64,000 bases of DNA from Gekko japonicus (Eukaryota). Below, piece by piece: positions 58,901-64,000 of the stretch; positions within the stretch are counted from its first letter, which is position 1; every line of letters begins with the position of its first letter. Where the stretch lies: contig NW_015171562.1 in NCBI RefSeq assembly GCF_001447785.1, positions 292,046 to 356,045 of the forward strand, read 5' to 3'. The notes beneath the pieces are model-generated. The model saw only the letters and a program-made list of their open reading frames with translations, did no database searches and was not told the origin of the DNA. The translations under genes and the position numbers were made by a program.

Positions 58901-61900
58901 GGAAGACCAGAGCCCAACCCTTCCCAAGCCTGGCGGGGTCCCCGGCTCTCCTGCCTTCACACAGACGGACGGACGGACAGGCAGACGGAGCACAAGCCAC
59001 GGTTGGGACGTGGCCTTGGGAAAGCTCAGGCGACCCAGCGCCAGCCCCTCAATCGCCCTAGGCAGACTGCGCACTCGACTACGGATGGGACAGAAAGGGG
59101 AACAGCGGGTGACTTCAACTCAAGAGAAATACTCCTGCCTTGACCACCGGCGTGGGGAGGGGAGCCAGGGAAGAGCCACACGGCTCTCTCCCCCTCCCTC
59201 TCTCTCCGGTGGGGCTGGCATCACGGCCCGCAGACACTTTCCGTGCCTCAGGATAAGATAGAGAAATTGCTTTCAAATTCTGATCATATAGCGCTACACC
59301 AGATAGCGAAATTTTGTCTTTTGGTTGTAAAAGCTCATCAGTGTTCAGGCAGCCACTTCGGTTAGGACTGTTCGTTTTTAATCTAATTGATCTTTTTATT
59401 CTCATTATTTTATTTTTTTAAGACTAGAATTCTGTCCTTTTTTACACCGTATTTCTGGTTTTAGAGTTTAAAATGCTTGTATAATTTTACATAAATAGTT
59501 TCACCATCTGGATATTTTAGACATTGTAATCTATTTATATGATAAATATTTGTAGGTATGGTTTTATATTGCTGGCTATGCGCTGTAATAAATTCAATTC
59601 ATTCATTCACTTTCCGTGCCCGCTCCAGCATGAGGCCACCAAGGGGCTCCCCCCCTCCCCTTCCGGGCCACTCCTCCACGGTGACCTCCCCAACTCCCCT
59701 GCCGCCTTCATGCCAACCACCCTGCTCAGCTCTCAAGGAAGCCTCTCCCCAAGCAGCGGCACGGGAGGCGGCCGGCCGCAGCCCAGAAGCCCCCCACACA
59801 CACACACACAAACACAGAAGAAGAGATTGGATTTATACCCCGCCCTTCACTTGGAGTCTCAGAGCGGCTTACAAACTCCTTTCCCTTCCCCTCCCCACAA
59901 CAGACACCCTGTGAGGTGGGTGGGGCTGAGAGAACTCTGACACAAACTGCTCTTTTTCAAGGACAGCTGTGCCAGAGCTTGTCACTGACCCAAGGTCACA
60001 TCAGCAGGTGCAAGTGGAGGAGGAGTGGGGAATCAAACCCGGTTCTCCCAGATTAGAGTCCGAACACTTAACCACTACACCAAACTGGCTCTCAACACCA
60101 AACTGAACACACTCCACCCCCCACACCCCGTGCCCTGAACCACCCACTTGGCTGCTCTGAGTGAAACCTAGTCCTTCCTCCCTAGAGGGGGGAAAGAGAG
60201 GCCACCCGTGGCCTGCCCTGGCCTGCCCTGAGGGGCTCCTCCTCCGCTGACCCCCCCCTCCCGGGCCCTTCGCAGGGTGCCAGGTGCACACTCACGGGAA
60301 GCTCCCGTTTGGGAACAGACGGGCCAAGGGTTGTGGCCCCTTCCTCGCTTCCAGGCGCTTGGGGGGGGGTGTGTGTCAGTTTCCAAGCCCTTTTGGCCCC
60401 AGCCACCCTCTTCAGACTGCCTGCAGCAGTCCGGCCTGCCCGTCCTTTGGGTGCAGAGGGAGCCTCCACGGCCCGCCTGCGGGAAGGGGCATCGGGCACT
60501 TCTCTGCCCCAGGGCACCGGGAGTGTGTGTGTGTGTGTGTGGGGGGGGTGTCAACAGGTTGGGGAGAGCCAGTGGTCCTGTTTGCATTGAATGCCCCCTG
60601 GCTCATTTCCCGCTGCGTGCCTTCTGTGCGCTGGCCACCTGACTGTGAGCCCTTGGCGAATCCAAATAGCTCAGGAGGGAGAGCCAGTTTGGTGTCGTGG
60701 TTAGGAGCGCGGACTCTAATCTGGGAGAACCGGGCTTGATTCCCCGCTCCTCCTCCACTTGCACCTGGCTGGATGGCCTTGGGCAGGCCGTAGTTCTGAT
60801 CAGAGCTGTCCTTGAAAAAGAGCAGTTTCTGTCAGAGCTCTCTCAGCCCCACCGACCTCACAGAGGGTGTCTGTGGTGGGGAGGGGGAGGGAAGGGAGTT
60901 TGTAAGCCCCTCTGAGACTCCTTTGGGTAGTGGAGGCCGGGGCAGAAATCCAATCCCTTCTTCTTAGTTAAAATAAACAAAACAGCCCTATTGCTGCCAA
61001 CCAGCCTCACATGGGGGGGGGGAGGCGGAGGAACCTTCGGGGCTTGGTGCATGGAGGAGAGTTGGACGACTTCGAACCTTTGCTCACGATGGGCAGGACA
61101 GAGCCACCTGCCCCTACTGCAGTGCACTCAGGAGACACACTTTTCCCTTTGGGGTTCTGCCCAGTTTGTGAGCTTGCGGCTCCCCCCCCCCCCCCCCGCC
61201 TTGCTCCCTGGGCACTTTATCTCGTTTTGACCCTGGAATGCTTGTGCTGCCTTTGTGAGACTGTGAGAACCGTTGATGGGGCCGTTCCCAATCTGGCTGG
61301 TGTGAACCAAATGGCTGAAAGGCTCTCTCCCACCTTGGTTTTCTCCTGCTCGTATTCTTGCTGAGCGCGAACTGTAGCTAACCCTTTTTGTTTGAACTGT
61401 CTATATCTGTACACGTTTGGCTTTGAGTTTCATTCCTGACAATGACCATGAAAGTGGAGTCGTTGTGGACTCTATTGAGCCTGACACACCCCACCACCAG
61501 CTCCCGCGGCCTCCCTGCAGCCACAAGCCACACTGCCAGCCAGCCTGCCAGCCACAAGCCCCTCACGCCTGCACACACACCACCTTGGAAGGGGGAGGGG
61601 CCGGCCGCCCTCTGCCCTCGCCGCGGCTCCCCCCAGCCTCTCACAGACGCAGGAATCTTCCTCATCAGCTTCTGCAACCACGTGGCTTGGGCTTGCGGAA
61701 CAGAAAGGAGAGACTTCAAGGCCTGATCAGGTGGGAAGTGCCGCTGCACACACGAAAGCATCTGGAAGACCAGGGGAAGTGGGAGGCGCTGGACACAGCC
61801 CGCCCCCCCCCGGCCCCAACCGTTGAGGATTTCGGGGGGGGGGGCTCTTCTCCTTACCAGAACTTCCTGTTCATTTAAACAGAGAAGTCGGAAATACCGA

Positions 61901-63114
61901 GGGAGGGGGAGGGAACACGCATCCCCCCCCCGCTTCAGGTTGGGCTGCTGCTGCCGCCCCCGCTAGGGAGGTCCCCACAGGGCTCTGCACGGGCAAGGAG
62001 GAGGACCTGACCAAGCACAACACGAGCAGCAAACTCCCAACGAAGGCTGGGGGAGACCAGCCACTGCTGGGACTGGAAACAAAGTCCGTGCATTTTAGCA
62101 AAGGAGAGATGTAGGGAATGATGCCTTTTGAACCGTGTGATCAGGAAAGAAAGGCTCTTCACGGAGCTCACAGACCAGAAAGGAACCTGGGACTCCGTCA
62201 GCAGAGAGAGGTCCGGTCCGCGCGGACCGGGGCACACGACGTCAGCCCACGGCGACGGCTCCTGATCAGCATACAAGACCAGACACCAGAACGTGACTCC
62301 TGGTGACAGGCACCCCCTCCAGGTGCCCCCAGGTTCCTTCCCACAGGCAGAGAAGGCCAACTGAGCCGCGATAGAGCTCCGTTTCTCCTTCCACCGCCGT
62401 GAAAGAGAGCTCGCCTTCCTCATCTGGACCCTCTGCTCTCCCCCTCGTACGCCGCAGGAATTCATTCTGGTATGCGTTTGCCTGCCAGTCACCACCACCC
62501 TTCAGGCAAAGCCCCAACCCGAGCTGTGCACATGAAGGGGAGGCCGCAGAGGTCCTTGCCACGAAGCTGCCCCCTCCGGTCTCCGCGGAACAAAAGGGCA
62601 TGAACTGCTGCATCACCTCAGCTGACCAACCCGGACTTCCAGAGAGGCGCAAGGACTCCCCATACCTGCTTCTGGCCGGCAAAAGGCGTACTGGCTGCTG
62701 GAAGAAGTGCCCATGTTAAAATCTTCTGAGACGGGGGCTTCCTCCTCCTCCTCCTCCCCCAGGGATACTTCCTCTGGGCTTCCGATTTCTTCAATCTTAG
62801 GCGTCTCGAGGGTAACAATATCGGAATCGTCACTGACCGCCCCCACGCAAGCACCTTCCTCGGGCAATTGCTCTCTCTCGCCCTAAGCAGCAATGAGAAA
62901 GGACTGCCATGACATGGAAGAGGGCACTGGGCGACGGCGCGGCTCAGAAAAAGCCACATCTCACTTTTGTCTTCTAACGAAAACCTGGACAGGCAGGCTC
63001 TTGGGGGGAGGGGGCAGAGCTCTGCGTGACTCACCTCTGCAGCTGGCTGGGGGGTCTCTGAGGGGGGCCCACTTTGATCGACCACTGATGAAGCATCATT
63101 TTGGCCAAATTCAC
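52939..63114 (-). CDS. CCPG1: Cell cycle progression protein 1 (ER-phagy receptor); N-terminal exons lie beyond the window end
   Basis: Exons 63114-63035 (EFGQNDASS), 62882-62666 ([13 protein letters not shown] = FIR2 motif; [16 protein letters not shown]), 58780-58553 ([40 protein letters not shown]), 56773-56652 (TIQVQNRQ), 55531-54195 (coiled coil, [27 protein letters not shown]), 53116-52939 ([24 protein letters not shown]). All GT-AG, phases consistent. Confidence 0.95.
55674..56077. mobile_element. hAT-Charlie-type non-autonomous DNA transposon in a CCPG1 intron
   Basis: TIRs CAGGGGTGTCGAAC / GTTTGACACCCCTG; flanks CTCTACAG and CTCTAGGG (8-bp TSD-like). Confidence 0.8.
59255..59610 (+). 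mobile_element. Probable LINE 3' end (clade undetermined)
   Basis: AT-rich island ending TGTAATAAATTCAATTCATTCATTCA (poly(A) signal plus short tandem tail). Confidence 0.45.
59817..60092 (-). mobile_element. Squam3-like SINE, near full length
   Basis: Same family as 15972-16249; intact A box (TGGTGTAGTGG) and B box. Confidence 0.87.
60679..60965 (+). mobile_element. Squam3-like SINE, near full length
   Basis: GGAGAGCCAGTTTGGTGTCGTGGTTAGGAGCGCGGACTCTAATCTGGGAGAACC..AATCCAATCCCTTCTTCTT. Confidence 0.87.
61584..61691 (-). CDS. CCPG1: Candidate CCPG1 cassette exon (108 nt, phase 1-1): [36 protein letters not shown]
   Basis: Polypyrimidine tract CTCTCCTTTCTGTTCCGCAAG| acceptor; CAAG|GTGGTG donor; length divisible by 3, no stop, phase matches flanking exons; resembles a WxxKLxKIPxxxxGW insert I recall from predicted mammalian CCPG1 isoforms (unverified). 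Confidence 0.6.
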
Positions 63115-64000
63115 CTATGGGGACAAAGATTGAATGTGGACAGAGTAAAAAACTAATGCAATTTTACCCATGTCACGTACTTTGTGTGTGTGTGTGTCAT
63201 AAACAGAAACCCACACATCCACTGTGCCAAAAAGTGTACAATTTCGAACATTTTTTCAGCAATAAAGACAAAACTGAGTCAACTGACCTGCCTGGTGGGG
63301 CAGGTAGTTTTAAACCATTAACAGAGCAAAGCCATGTGCTTCAGTCATCAACAGACATTCACGCCAATTATAAAAACAAAGAGGTGAGCTGTGATGGTGA
63401 CAGAAGAACTCAGATTCAATAATGCAAGCACTGGAAGATTTAGTAAAGTTAGGGAATATTCCTTTAGATTTGACCAGTTCACTGAAATGTGTCTCTTTGG
63501 TTTTTATCTTGGAAAAACCAAGGCCAACCTACAGGCTGAAAGTGTTTTAAAATGAAGCAGAAACAAACAAACAGCCATTTTTTAAAAATTAATGAAAGGG
63601 CCACTTCCAGAGGCGGCAAATTCTAGCCGGGCAGAGCAGCGGACTATGCTGCCTGGCAAAGGGCCCCCATTCCTGCCCCAGGAGGCACAAGGGAGAAGCA
63701 GCCGCCTACGGAGTGCCACCGGGGGCAGCAGAGAGCAGGATCGCACCATCTCTGACTCCCCCCATCTCTAGACCGATTAGGCGACAATATTTAACCAGAC
63801 GATCGAGGGCCCGGCCAACACGCACCTAAAGCAGAGGAATGGCGATAGCTGTTCTCGCCAGTATTTCCATTAGCTCTGCAGCGTCACAGAAACTGACCTG
63901 CGAAACTCTGGGGAGATTTTTTTTTCCATGACGGCACTCGGGCCTTTAAAAGTTTCCAGTTTCATTCTGAGATACTATCTCCACCCAGCAACAGGCTGCC

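Noticed and set aside
58781-62665. Intronic microRNA (mammalian MIR628 lies in a CCPG1 intron)
   Set aside because: No hairpin I can recognise by eye; the family is, to my knowledge, mammalian.

Overview
Vertebrate genomic DNA, most likely a gecko or other squamate (Squam3-type and Sauria SINEs, BovB, CR1, Penelope-like elements). It is a very GC-rich draft assembly with many N gaps next to poly-G/C runs. It holds the conserved block syntenic to human 15q21: UNC13C 3' end (+), RSL24D1 (-, 5' exons in a gap), RAB27A (-, one exon in a gap), PIGBOS1 microprotein (-, runs into a gap), PIGB (+) and most of CCPG1 (-). Nearly all long ORFs in the supplied track are GC-rich noise; the real genes are spliced, and I reconstructed their exons by hand. 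I found no new multi-gene system. The best leads are: a U12-type intron in PIGB with rare AT-AA ends; the PIGBOS1 small ORF head-to-head with PIGB; an in-frame 108-nt cassette exon in CCPG1 between the FIR2 motif and the TM segment; a minimal hammerhead-ribozyme motif ending a Penelope-like element in a RAB27A intron; two apparent PIGB lesions (AT donor, shortened exon 11), possibly assembly errors; an internally deleted BovB; and abutting PIGB/CCPG1 poly(A) signals. Homology calls rest on my recollection of the human proteins and repeat families; no searches were run.
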